Shown: piece by piece, positions 38,522 through 49,517 of the stretch | Layout: each line of letters starts with the position of its first letter | How positions within the stretch are numbered: the first letter of the stretch is position 1 | Assembly: GCA_016906335.1 (NCBI GenBank) | Contig: JADEYG010000001.1 | Location: 248,001 to 312,000, forward strand | Direction of reading: 5' to 3' | DNA: 64,000 bases | Origin: Novakomyces olei | Taxonomy: Eukaryota | The notes under the pieces: model-generated | Told to the model about the DNA's origin: nothing | Databases searched by the model: none | The model's input: only the letters and a program-made list of their open reading frames with translations | Translations under genes and position numbers: made by a program

Positions 38522-41500
38522 AGAAAGAAGTGGTTTCTCTAGGACAAGCTGAATTAAAAGCCACTGAAAGACGACGAGATACTGGAGTGAGACATTTGGA
38601 GACGGACGTCCAAATAAATGGGCTTAGACGAAAAGCTTTAGTGGATTCAGGAGCGAACCTAAATTTCATACACCCGCGATTAATATTGAATTTGAATCTA
38701 AAGACAGAAAGACTTCAGAGACCAATTGTGATACAGGTTGTCGATGGCCGAAGCCTGGCATCAGGACCCGTGGCGAGAACTACGAAGATTATGGACATGA
38801 AGATAGGAAATTGTGTTACACCTACGAGATTTTATGTGGCAGATATTGGCCAGAGAGACATCATTTTGGGTATTCAATGGTTGCAAGAGAACAATCCCAT
38901 TATTGATTGGAAGAATCGTACATTATCATTTGAAGTACAGAATACAGAGCAAGATTATGCAGACGCAACTTGCACGCAGACGAGCGGATTAAAGGCAAGT
39001 TTTGCGGATGAAACACAAGTGCCGCAAGAGAGCGGATTTTTTCCCGAAAAACCGGAAAGCGATAACGTTGGAAAAATCCCCCAAATTCCTACAGAATATG
39101 AAGACTATCGTGATGTATTCGATGAGAGACGAGCAGACGTATTGCCACCGCATCGAAGCTATGATCATGAAATAATATTGGAAAAGGGATCGAAGGTACC
39201 TTTTGGACCTATCTACAACATATCTGCAGACGAGCAGAGAGAGTTGCTCAAGTATATTGAGGAAAACTTGTATAAGAAATTCATCAGAAAATCGAAGTCA
39301 CCAGCAGGAGCACCCATATTGTTTGTGAAAAAGAAGGACGGGAGCTTACGACTCTGCGTGGACTACAGAGCACTAAATGCGATTACAGTCAAGAATCGAT
39401 ATCCTATTCCGAGAATTGATGGACTCATCGATAAGTTAAGTGGAAGTCGTATATTTACTAAGATCGATTTGAAAGGCGCTTACAATCTGATACGTATTCG
39501 AAATGGCGACGAGTGGAAAACCGCATTTCGTACAAGATACGGACATTTTGAATACAGAGTGATGCCTTTTGGACTCACTAATGCGCCAGCAACTTTCCAA
39601 AACCTTATGAATGACGTATTCCGAGATACCCTGGATAGATATGTCTTAGTCTATCTGGATGACATTCTTATTTACTCGAGGAATAAAGAGGAACATATAC
39701 AGCATGCCAGAGAAGTGTTTAAGCGATTACGAGCAAGACAATTGTTCGCAAAGGCAAGCAAATGTGAATTTCATAAGACAAAAGTGGAATTTCTAGGATT
39801 TATTATATCGACAGAAGGAGTTTCAATGAGCTCGGACAAGACCAGGCCTATTAATGACTGGCCCACACCAAAGAATGTCAAGGACGTACAGTCGTTTCTT
39901 GGAATATGCAATTATTACAGAAGATTTATTCCTGGATTTTCAAAGATTGTGACACCAATAACTGGTCTATTAAAGAAGGATAATACATTTCGCTGGGGAG
40001 CAGACCAAGAGAAGGCTTTTGAACAGTTGAAAGACAGCTTTCGAAAAGACGTTACTTTAAAGCATTACGACCCAGAACTCGAGTGCATTGTCGAAACAGA
40101 TGCCTCAGATTTCGCCATAGGAGCCGTACTGTTACAAGAACAAGGAGGCGAAAAGAGACCGATTGCTTTTATAAGCAGAAAGCTTGAACCAGCCGAGATC
40201 AACTATGATATACACGATAAAGAGTTACTTGCGATTGTCTATGCATTCGGAATATGAAGACACTATTTGCAAGGACATCCAAAGCCAATTATTGTATATA
40301 CTGATCATCGGAACTTGCAGACGTTTACTACAACAAAGAAACTATCGAGGAGACAAGCACGTTGGTCAGAACTACTAGGAGAATATGAATTTAAGATCCG
40401 TTACAGAAAAGGATCAGGGAACGCAGCAGCAGACGCGTTGAGCAGAAGAGTTAATTTTAATAATGTTGACTTGAAGGAATACCAAATTGATAAGCCGTTG
40501 ATCGATCCGGCAAGATTTGATCTAAGCATAACAGCAGCCGAAGATATAGATACGGACGAGAAGCTGGAAATATTACGAGCATGCCATGATCACCCATTAG
40601 CAGGACATTTTGGACAACATCGAACGCTAGAACTAGTACAGCGTTTTAAGAAGTGGAAAAATATGTTGCAGGATGTTAGGGATTACGTAGCATCATGTGC
40701 GACGTGCTGGAGAAGCAAGAAATCGAGAAAGAAACCTACAGGATTATTAAACCCGCTACAAGTACCGTCAAGACCATGGGAATCTGTTTCAATGGATTTT
40801 ATCGTTAAACTTCCCGAATCCGAAGGTTTTGATTCAATACTAGTGGTTGTCGACAGATTTTCTAAAATGTGTCATTTGATCCCTTGCAGAGAATCATCCA
40901 CAGCAACGGATGTAGCGAGACTATACATTGACAAGGTATTCAAACACCACGGACTACCAAATGAAATCGTATCGGACAGAGATCCAAAGTTTTTGAACAA
41001 ATTTTGGCAAGGCATGTACCAGAACCTTAGAGTTAAGCTATTGCATTCGACGAGTAACCACCCACAAACAGATGGACAGACTGAGAGAACCAATCAGACA
41101 CTCGAGCAATACTTAAGAGCCTATGTCAATTACAACCAAAACAATTGGAGCAAGCTATTGTCATTTGCGGAATTTGCAATGAACAATGCAACAAACAGCA
41201 GTACAAGACTTACACCGTTTTACATTTGCAACGGTTACCATCCAAAGGGAATACAGATCACAACTTCCCAGAGTGACAATCCAGCAGCAAATCAAACTAC
41301 ACGAGACTGGAACGAATTATTTGAACGAGTTAAAAGCAACATTCATCTGCAAATAAAGTATCAAAGTTACATTATGACAAAAAGAAAACAGCAGCAAATA
41401 CATTTGTGCCTGGAGACAACGTGTGGATCCAGAGAAGACACATACACAGCGAGCGACCATCGGATAAATTAGATCATACAAGACTGGGACCTTTCAAAAT

Positions 41501-41830
41501 TATCGAGGCTATAGGAAATAGCGCTTACAGGATTGAACTTCCCCAACATATCAAAATACACAACGTATTTAATGAAACTTTACTGGAAAAATGTTTATCA
41601 GACCGATTTCAGAGAGACCCAACAGATTTACATGTTCCCGATGTTTTAGTGGACACGACCGAATATGAAGTCGATTATATCTGCAATCATACAGGCAGAG
41701 GTCGAAACCGCAAATATTTAGTGCATTGGAAAGGTTATGGAGTGCAAGACCGTACATGGGAACCTTTTGGAAACCTTACGAATGCAACAGAGGCAGTTAA
41801 AGCATACTCAACGTTCTTGAAGAGGGGAGG
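38503..41830 (+). pseudogene. pol (PR-RT-RH-IN-chromodomain) in the -1 frame; TGA at 40255 and frameshift ~41345
   Basis: LVDSGA, LCVDYRALN, YLDD, ETDASD, HDHPLAGH..CATC, SMDFI, HPQTDGQTE, LGPFKI and chromodomain YEVDYI..YLVHWKGY..TWEP. Confidence 0.9.
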
Positions 41831-42852
41831 CAGCGCAAGCGATACGCGCTGGACAGCGGTAAGTTCCAATGTGTTGTGTGCACTCGACAGTACACCCGAA
41901 AGCACGACCGCGACCGTCACATTGAGATGCACGACCCTGATCTGGTTGGCTGGGCCGAAGAGTGGTTTAAGGAGGAAGACCGACCGAACAGTTGGCGAGA
42001 GACATTTTTACTCTGCTCGCATCGGTTGATTTTGAAAAGCTCAAGCCCCATAGCGAAAGGTTTGTTTTCGATTGCAAGCCAACATGGGCACACGTCTTCG
42101 AGGACCTTTTGGAGGATACGACAGCTTTGTTTATGGACATACGGGTTCGCGTGCATGATGACGAAATACGAATCGCCCAGGTCCTCGCATCATTCGTCTA
42201 GCCGGGGACTACGAGATACGCAGCCTACAATTTGAGGCCAATCAGCGAATACGGTTTATCGTCAGTGGGCCTTCGCGCGCAAGGATTGTTAAAGGAAAGT
42301 TATTTGAACGAACTTGGATGGAACGGGACTGCCACACCGTCGGGAACAATCACGGACGTTCACGTGGATCCGGTTCTGTGCGAAACCGTTATTGTGGGAA
42401 TTCTTGGGAGAAAGCTGGTCTTTACGTGGGCCAATTCAGAGGCCAATTTACAGAAGTTGGAGCCTTATCATCGCAGGCCAGGAGACTTTATATTACCTGA
42501 AGCTCTTCGCAGCCTCGAAGGGTTGAAGATTTGAGTGCTAGAGCCGGGAGTCATTTTTCGATTAAGGTCTGGGACACCACATGCGGTGATGTCTTTTGAG
42601 AAAGCCGTCTTGATGGGTTACTATATTGCCAGCGAAGACCAGGCTTTATACCGAGTGGCAAAGTGGGAATCGTCGTGGGCTAGTACACAGTTCCCGACTA
42701 TTCGAGACGAGATAAAGGAAGATCACGAACGTTGCTTGATGGCATACCGTGATTGGGCAGGAGAAAACAGCAGGAGACAATGCTGGTACAAGAAGGCACA
42801 GGCGGCAGTGTCTACGTTTTTGCAAGAGGAGGATAGTGTCATATCAATATGA
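41801..42852 (+). pseudogene. Cargo ORF: C2H2 zinc finger plus JmjC-like 2OG-Fe(II) dioxygenase, disrupted in this copy
   Basis: ZF FQCVVCTRQYTRKHDRDRHIEMH at 41864-41932. After a frame change near 41985, one frame (TAG at 42199, TGA at 42532) encodes TPSGTITDVHVD...GRKLVFTW...LEPGVIFRLRSGTPHAVMS. Confidence 0.78.
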
Positions 42853-43524
42853 CATAATTCCGTTTTGATCGGAGATAATCCGTTCGATTGCGGATTATTT
42901 CCAATTCCGGAATTTTAGTTAGCCACTTTGTGGCTTAGACAGTCTTTTCCGTAGTTGTTTCTATTTTTAGTTATAGTTAGTTAGTTCCAGCAAGGATAAA
43001 AGGAGGCCCGTTCGCACTTTTATCCGACGCTGATTATCGACCGTGTCGACCGTGTTAACCGTGTAAACCGTGTTAAGTATTCTTACCTTCCATTTGGCTT
43101 CCCATCACAGTTGCCGTGAAAGCAACACAGCCGTATCCAAACCCCAAACAAAGAAAACACAACACTAATGGTTGATTCATTCTTTCGTTTGAATCATTGT
43201 TCATACGTATGTCCAGTTCTGCAACAAATGTACGTCTTGTTTTCAGTGTACATCTTGTTCTCAGTGAAGATTTCTCTGGCTCCTTTTTCTCTGATATGCT
43301 TGTTTTGGCTTCAATTTGTTGATTATTTGGTTTTGGTGTTGTATTTCCAATGTATGGTTTTGTTGCAGTAAAGTCATAGCCAGTTGCGACTTCTATCACA
43401 CCGCCATTTTAATTTCGTCATCCCAGTATTGTTGCCAGACTGGTTGCCAAATGCGCTTCTCATTGAGTCCATGAATGAATTGTTGAACTAATATTGCTTC
43501 ATTAATTATTTTTAGTTCCATTAA

Positions 43525-43940
43525 TGTGACAAACTGAAAGGGCGCCGTAGTTCGAAGAACCTTCGGCGGAGACTATCCTGCCTTTACAGGTACTGTTGCT
43601 TAAAAGCGGAGGTAGCCGCAGCAAAAAGGAGGAGAGTTCGTAGAACTCGTAAATTGAATTCTATTCCTGTATTAAAGAGAGTTAACCCGTGATAAGAAAT
43701 CTTTTCCCGGGTGCGGAACTATTTATAGAATTTTGGCGTGACTGTTTCGTGGCTGGCGAAGTCCAGCCACGCGGTGGCTGAATTGCCCAGTCGGGCCTAG
43801 TCCCACTTCGTGCGGAAGATACAGCTTCCTCACGGAACTATGAAAAGATCCTATAAACGACTATGAAAAGAACCGTTAAAAGTTCCAAAATGGAACTTCG
43901 CGAATGGAATTTTGCGAATGGAACTTCGCGGTCCATTACA
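43525..43940. mobile_element. Probable solo LTR of another family
   Basis: TG..CA segment interrupting gypsy B homology; no TSD, and ~1 kb of host sequence is missing. Confidence 0.55.
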
Positions 43941-44999
43941 CTGGGTGGATCTGTCCTTGCCTGACGCAAAAGATTTGCGAAAGACTCAGAATAGACTCAC
44001 TTATAAATCCTTTGGCGTTCTCCAGACGGTTGCACTGACCTTGCTAGCAGTGAAAAATTATGTGAAGTTAGGATTACTCTCTGTTGTAACAATATAAATT
44101 AGATCAAGCTAAGAGATTGATCTTTCAACTATGGTAAGTTTGGTCCCTTTATAGACTTTTGTGAAGCAGAAAGGACGGAAATAGGAAGGAAATAGGAAAG
44201 AAATAGGAAAGAAATAGGATCTTGTTTACTGTCTATGGAGTGATAGATGAGTAATGATGAATCATTAATGGCGATGTCATCAATCTTGATTAGATTTGAT
44301 TAGATTGATTTTGATTCCTAACACTATCTTTTTATTTCAAGTATTTATTGGAAGAATTGAAATTTTTCCACACAATATAAACCAAAAGTTTATTGTGATA
44401 ACAATGCATGCATATTAGCTTATACTGAGCGGATTCGTAAGGATCCAAACATTTAAGCAATACAAACTATTATGTTATAGATTATATCAAAAAAGAACTG
44501 ATTAAATTCCAGAGATGTCCAACGCAAATGATGAGAGCTGATGATTTGACAAAGAACTTGATAGGAAACAAATCTGCGAAATTTACTCAATCATTATTCT
44601 ATGGGATCTAATGTCGAGCAGTCTCATTTACTAATTTAATTATTATAAGTTTTAAGAGTCATAAAAAGTGTAAAATGGCCTCTATATAAGTTATATTTGA
44701 TTCTATTAATTTGAAATAATTACCGTCTTTACATGTGTTAGGGGTTAACCCTGGGTGATGGACTAGCTCGATATCGAGCGGGCGGAGGCGGAAAGATGTG
44801 ACGAACCAGAGTACTGTCGGAGGTTACTGCAAAGAGGAAACTAGAGAGCCTACAGCTGCAAAGTGTAGGCGCGACCCAAATTGATTTCACATAAGGGACA
44901 AATAAAAGACAAGCCTTTGTTTATAAGCTTGACTCTTGTAGTTAAGCTATAAGAAAACTGTTCTAGAGCTATTTAAGCCACACTAAACAAATAAATAAA

Positions 45000-45365
45000 T
45001 GTTATGTTGCTACCTAGCACGCTTGCTCAGGTAGATGTAGAACTCTAAACTGCTCGTAGTAATAAACGCTATTAATTATTACAAACCTCTGCCAGTCGTA
45101 CGCGGCTGGCTACAGCAGGGAACTCCAGATGGAAATATCTCTTCCAACAAAGTTGATTAATCGTAAAGTTATAAAAAAGAGAAGCCCCTTTATATCCTTT
45201 ACTGACTACGTACTAACTAATGTCACTAACTATAAAATAACTCAAAAGCTATCTCGAACAGGAACAAAGAGGCTAAGCCTCAACAAGTAAGCTAAACGAA
45301 TATACTCGGTGCAAGTTCTGTGCAAGATGCACTGTACTTGAACCTTGTCAGGCGCAACCATAACA
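45000..45365 (+). mobile_element. Solo LTR, family E (strand is relative to the other E copies)
   Basis: TGTTATGTTGCTACC...CCATAACA; similar to 47557-47925. Confidence 0.8.
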
Positions 45366-47556
45366 CTACGTCTTTCCCTATCAGAACTCCAGTATCTGAT
45401 TTTAGGCTTACTGAGAAACAATCTTTCATTTCATTGATTAACTTCCTGTTCTACGCCCTTGGGCCCTGTTTCAAGCCATAGAGACTTTTTTTAAGGAGAC
45501 AAACTTCCTCGTTATTATCCCTATCAATTCCTTCTGGGGTTTCCATAAATATTTGTTCCTCTAGCTCTCCATATAAAAAGGCCGTTGCAATGTCATACTG
45601 ATAATTTGGTCTTTTATTATTAAAGCCTAAATGAAGGTTTGAATCGTATCTGAGAAAGGAACAGGTGCGCATGTTTCATTAAAGTCGATGCCAGGAATTT
45701 GAGTAAATCCTCTGGCTACCAGCCTGGCCTTGTATTTTGTGATATCATTTTTATCATTTCTTTTAACTTTAAAGACCCATTTTGAGTCAACAGTATTAAT
45801 ATTTTTGGACCTCTTTATTATTTTCCATACACCATGTTCGTCCAACGAGTTCAACTCAGACGTTATCGCTTCCTTCCAGTATTTCGAGTCTTTCGAGTTG
45901 AGTGCCTCGCTGATATTACTTGGTTCAATGTTTCAGTATAATATAATACTTGGAATCTCTGTTTTTTCTGCATTTATTTCTTGTGTAGCATCTTCATAGT
46001 GTTCTGGTTCATCAGTATTATTATTATTGTCTGCTGTATTGTCGATCTCGTTCTTCACGTTTGTAAATTCTTCCAAAATGGGTATATCAGCCAGACTAAT
46101 ATTTTTATCATGCAGATCCTTATGATTATTTCCAGTAATTCCAAGATTATATATTAACTCAGCACAAGTTTTGTTGGTAATAAATTTAGCGTCTCTCGAG
46201 GACGTTTCATTCCTAGTTCTTAGATCATAGAATCTGTACCCCTTTTGTAATGTAGAATTTCCAAGGTACATCATTCTTTTGATTCTAGAACCTAGTTTTC
46301 CTTTGGCAAGTGGGTCTCTGACCAATGCCAGACAACCAAATGGCTTGTTGTCTTTGACTTTTACTGGTCTACCACTCCATATCTCCATAGGTGATTTTTC
46401 GAGCCCTTTTACTGGCTGCTGATTACGCAGATATATTGCTTGCTGAAAAGCATCTTCCCAAAATTCATGTTTTAATTCAGAATAAATGAATAGGCATCTA
46501 GCAATCTCCTGTATTGTCCGGTTCATTCTCTCAGCAACTCAATTTTGCTCTGAAGTGTGGTGTACCAAAGTCTCGTGTCGATAACACTGACTAGACAAGT
46601 AATTCGCGAACTCGCGGTTCACGTACTCTCCTCCGTTATCAAATCTGACAGTTTTCAGGTGACTTCCCTTTTGAGTTTCAAAGAGTTTAAAAATCTTTTG
46701 GACCACACCCGATGTCTCTCCCTTCCGAATTAGGAAAGATCCAAAACACATTTTTGTAAACTCGTCCACAACGAGTAGTAACCATCTGTTTCCCTTTCGG
46801 GAAGGTTGCAAGGGTCCCATTACATCAGTGTGCAGTAATTCACCGCTTTCCGTAACCGTCCCCCCCGATGTTCCAAAGGAACTTCGCTGACTTTTTGCAG
46901 CAATACAGACCTCACAATTTTTAATAATGTCGTAATCGTCTTTTGTAATTTTTCCGATAACTCTCTTTTTGGACATTTCAACCATTTTTGTCACAGACGG
47001 GTGCCCCTGATTCTGAACCTCGACTATCCCCGATCTCTGTGCCATCATAAGGTTTTCTGTTATTATTTCTCCTTTAATGCACATTTCTCCGGTAGCCAAT
47101 CGGTTTATATTACTAATGAATTTCCTTTCTCGCGTAATAATTCCTCTATTCAAACTGACGTCAAAGCCTTGATCAATCAGTATGCCCAAGGTTAGTAAGT
47201 TGCAGGGTGCACTTTCCACCAAGTAAACATTTCTAATTGCTGCACGTGTCCCTTCCAATAAAATTAATATGTTTCTCGAAATAGATACTTTAATTTTCTC
47301 TCCACTTGCAACAATTAAATTTTTATTGACTTCCTTCGTATCCGTAAGCCAATCAAAACGATTTATTATGTGCACATTAGCCCCTGAATCCAAAATCTAA
47401 TAATCTTTATTGACATTACATTGAAACATATTCGGATAATTTTCAAACTTTGTCATTAATACTGTATTTTCGGAAAAATTTCGTTTAAAATTATCTCGCT
47501 TAAAGTCTTTCTTTTTTTCCATTAAGGAACCAACAGTCCTTTTTCACATGCCCAAG

Positions 47557-47925
47557 TGTTATGTTGCTACCTAGCACGCTTGCTTAGGTAGATTCGGACG
47601 TAGACTCTTAACTGCTCGTAGTAATAAACGCTTTTATTACTATAAGCTTCTGCCAGTCGTACGCGGCTGGCTACAGCAGGGGACTCCAGATGGAAGTTAA
47701 CTCTTCCAACAAAGTTGATTAACCGTAAAGTTATAAAGGAGAGAAGCCCCTTTATATCCTTTACGGGCTACGTACTCACTAATCTCACTAACTAAAAGAA
47801 CTCAAAAACTGTCTCGAAAAGGAACTAAGAGGCTAAGCCTCAACAAGTAAGCTAAACTACTTTACTCGGTGCAAGTTCTGTGCAAGATGCACTGTACTTG
47901 CACCATGTCAGGTGCAACCATGACA
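47557..47925 (+). mobile_element. Solo LTR, family E
   Basis: TG..CA with TSD CCAAG, inside gag of family F. Confidence 0.9.
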
Positions 47926-49517
47926 CCAAGCTTCTTACAATGGTGCCATCTCATACTGGACTTTCCGTTTTTGGCATAATTAACAATTTTTGTATCCCAT
48001 TTCGATTACTTGTTTTCCCAATAGAATGCTGTGATCCTTTAGCATTCTCCTTATTTTAATCGGAGTATTTTCAGGAGAATTCTTCTGGGCCGTTACCGGC
48101 AAGTAATCCATCGGCAAATTTCTCACACGATTTATTATTTTCTCTTGGTCTGACATTCGTCTACCAGCTTGTCCGTACGCATATTCCAATTCGTCAATTT
48201 TGAACAAGTAATTGTCTATGTCTTAGTTGTTTTTCAATTTTATTGTAGCCAGTTCAACTCGTAATCTGGCGAGATATTCCTCGCTATTGATGGAGAACAT
48301 CTTTTCGAGTAGTTCGTAAGCGTCTGTTTCAGTCAGACATTGGTCAAGGCTGTAAATCAATTGAGGCAACACAGTCGACATAATTAGACTTTTCAATTGA
48401 TTTTGCTTCTGATCGTACTTTTCCGTCTGAGTCCTAGTCCCATGTAGCTTCAGCAATTTTCCACTATCAAGTCCAAGGGTCTTTCTGTGCGTCTGTAGCG
48501 CTGCCCTCCATGACAGAAAATTGTCTGGTGTCGAAGTCGGTATTCTCAGGTTTTCGTAAATTTTAGAAGCGATTTTTCAAATTCGAACGTCGATTATATT
48601 CACTGCCTATAAGAACTATGTTAAGAAAGGGGACGGTTGACGTTGGAAATCCTCCTTTCCGGGCTTAACACAACCTCTGTGTCCGGTTCAGTGCCACCGC
48701 GGTCAGTAAGCACGCTGACCTTCCAGCAGAGGGTCGCCAGGAAAACTTAGTGGTCCAAAACTCACACTAATGAAATAGTGTTAATACGTAGATTAAATTG
48801 AATAGTGAATTGTATATCGCACGAAGGACTAAGAGGAGTTGGGTCCTCTATGTATAGTCCTTCCGATCACGCAATAGTAACGTGATCCTACACTAACTAA
48901 GCCTCCTTATAGTTGAGTATAAATGGGCTGAAACATTATAGTGCATATGACTCTAAAAGAGTCGTGCACACTAAAATACTAAACTAACAAAAAACTACGA
49001 AGTTTGTTAGGGGGTGACTTAATAAGAAGTAATCTTAAGTCGGCCAAGATCACACGTTGGCCTTGACAGGGAGTAGCAAAGAATAGGCAGATAGAGGAAC
49101 TAATCTCAAGACACTTATATTGTCATGGTTGCACCGAGTAAAGTAGTTTAGCTGTTAAGTGAGGATTACTCACTGTTGTAACAATATAAATTAGACCTAG
49201 CTAAGAGATCTATCTTTCAGACTATGGGAAGTTGGGTCCTTTTATAGACTTTTTGTGAAGCAGATGGGACGGAGATAGGAAGGAGATAGGAAGGAGATAG
49301 GAAGGAAATGATGAGTAATGATGATGAATCATTGATGAGTAATGATGACTCATTGATGAGTAATGATGACTCATTGATGAGTAATGATGACTCATTGATG
49401 AGTAATGATGATGAATCATTGATGAGTAATGATGACTCATTGATGAGTAATGATGACTCATTGATGAGTAATGATGACTCATTGATGAGTAATCAATCTT
49501 GATTAGATTTGATTAGA

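Larger units (their letters stand above)
37176..43164 (+). mobile_element. Full-length Ty3/gypsy chromovirus (Tf1/sushi-like) carrying ZF-JmjC cargo
   Basis: 328-bp LTRs 37176-37503 and 42837-43164 (~2 differences), TSD CTAAT, PPT GAGGAGGATAG; gag, PR, RT, RH, IN and chromodomain. Confidence 0.97.
36121..44323 (-). mobile_element. Degenerate gypsy family B copy hosting three insertions
   Basis: Homologous to 52414-53440 (gag/PR) and 54451-54914 (leader and LTR; own LTR at 44061-44323). Interrupted at 36641-37046, 37176-43164 and 43525-43940. Confidence 0.85.
27350..44590 (+). mobile_element. Old, fragmented plus-strand copia element forming the base layer for nested insertions
   Basis: Pieces in correct order: IN (HSDVC ~27565; TPQQNGIAERTNR within 27787-28080), linker 28400-29110, RT (HVEIHNAFLNG 35320-35536; WARPDL 35897-36120) and RNase H (MRADDLTKNL ~44324-44590). 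Confidence 0.65.

Noticed and set aside
41859-41991. Intron (GTAAGT..CAG) that would fuse IN-chromo in frame to JmjC
   Set aside because: The phase fits, but the only branch-like CTGAT is ~50 nt upstream with several AGs in between, and splicing would delete a well-formed zinc finger. Not excluded without RNA-seq.
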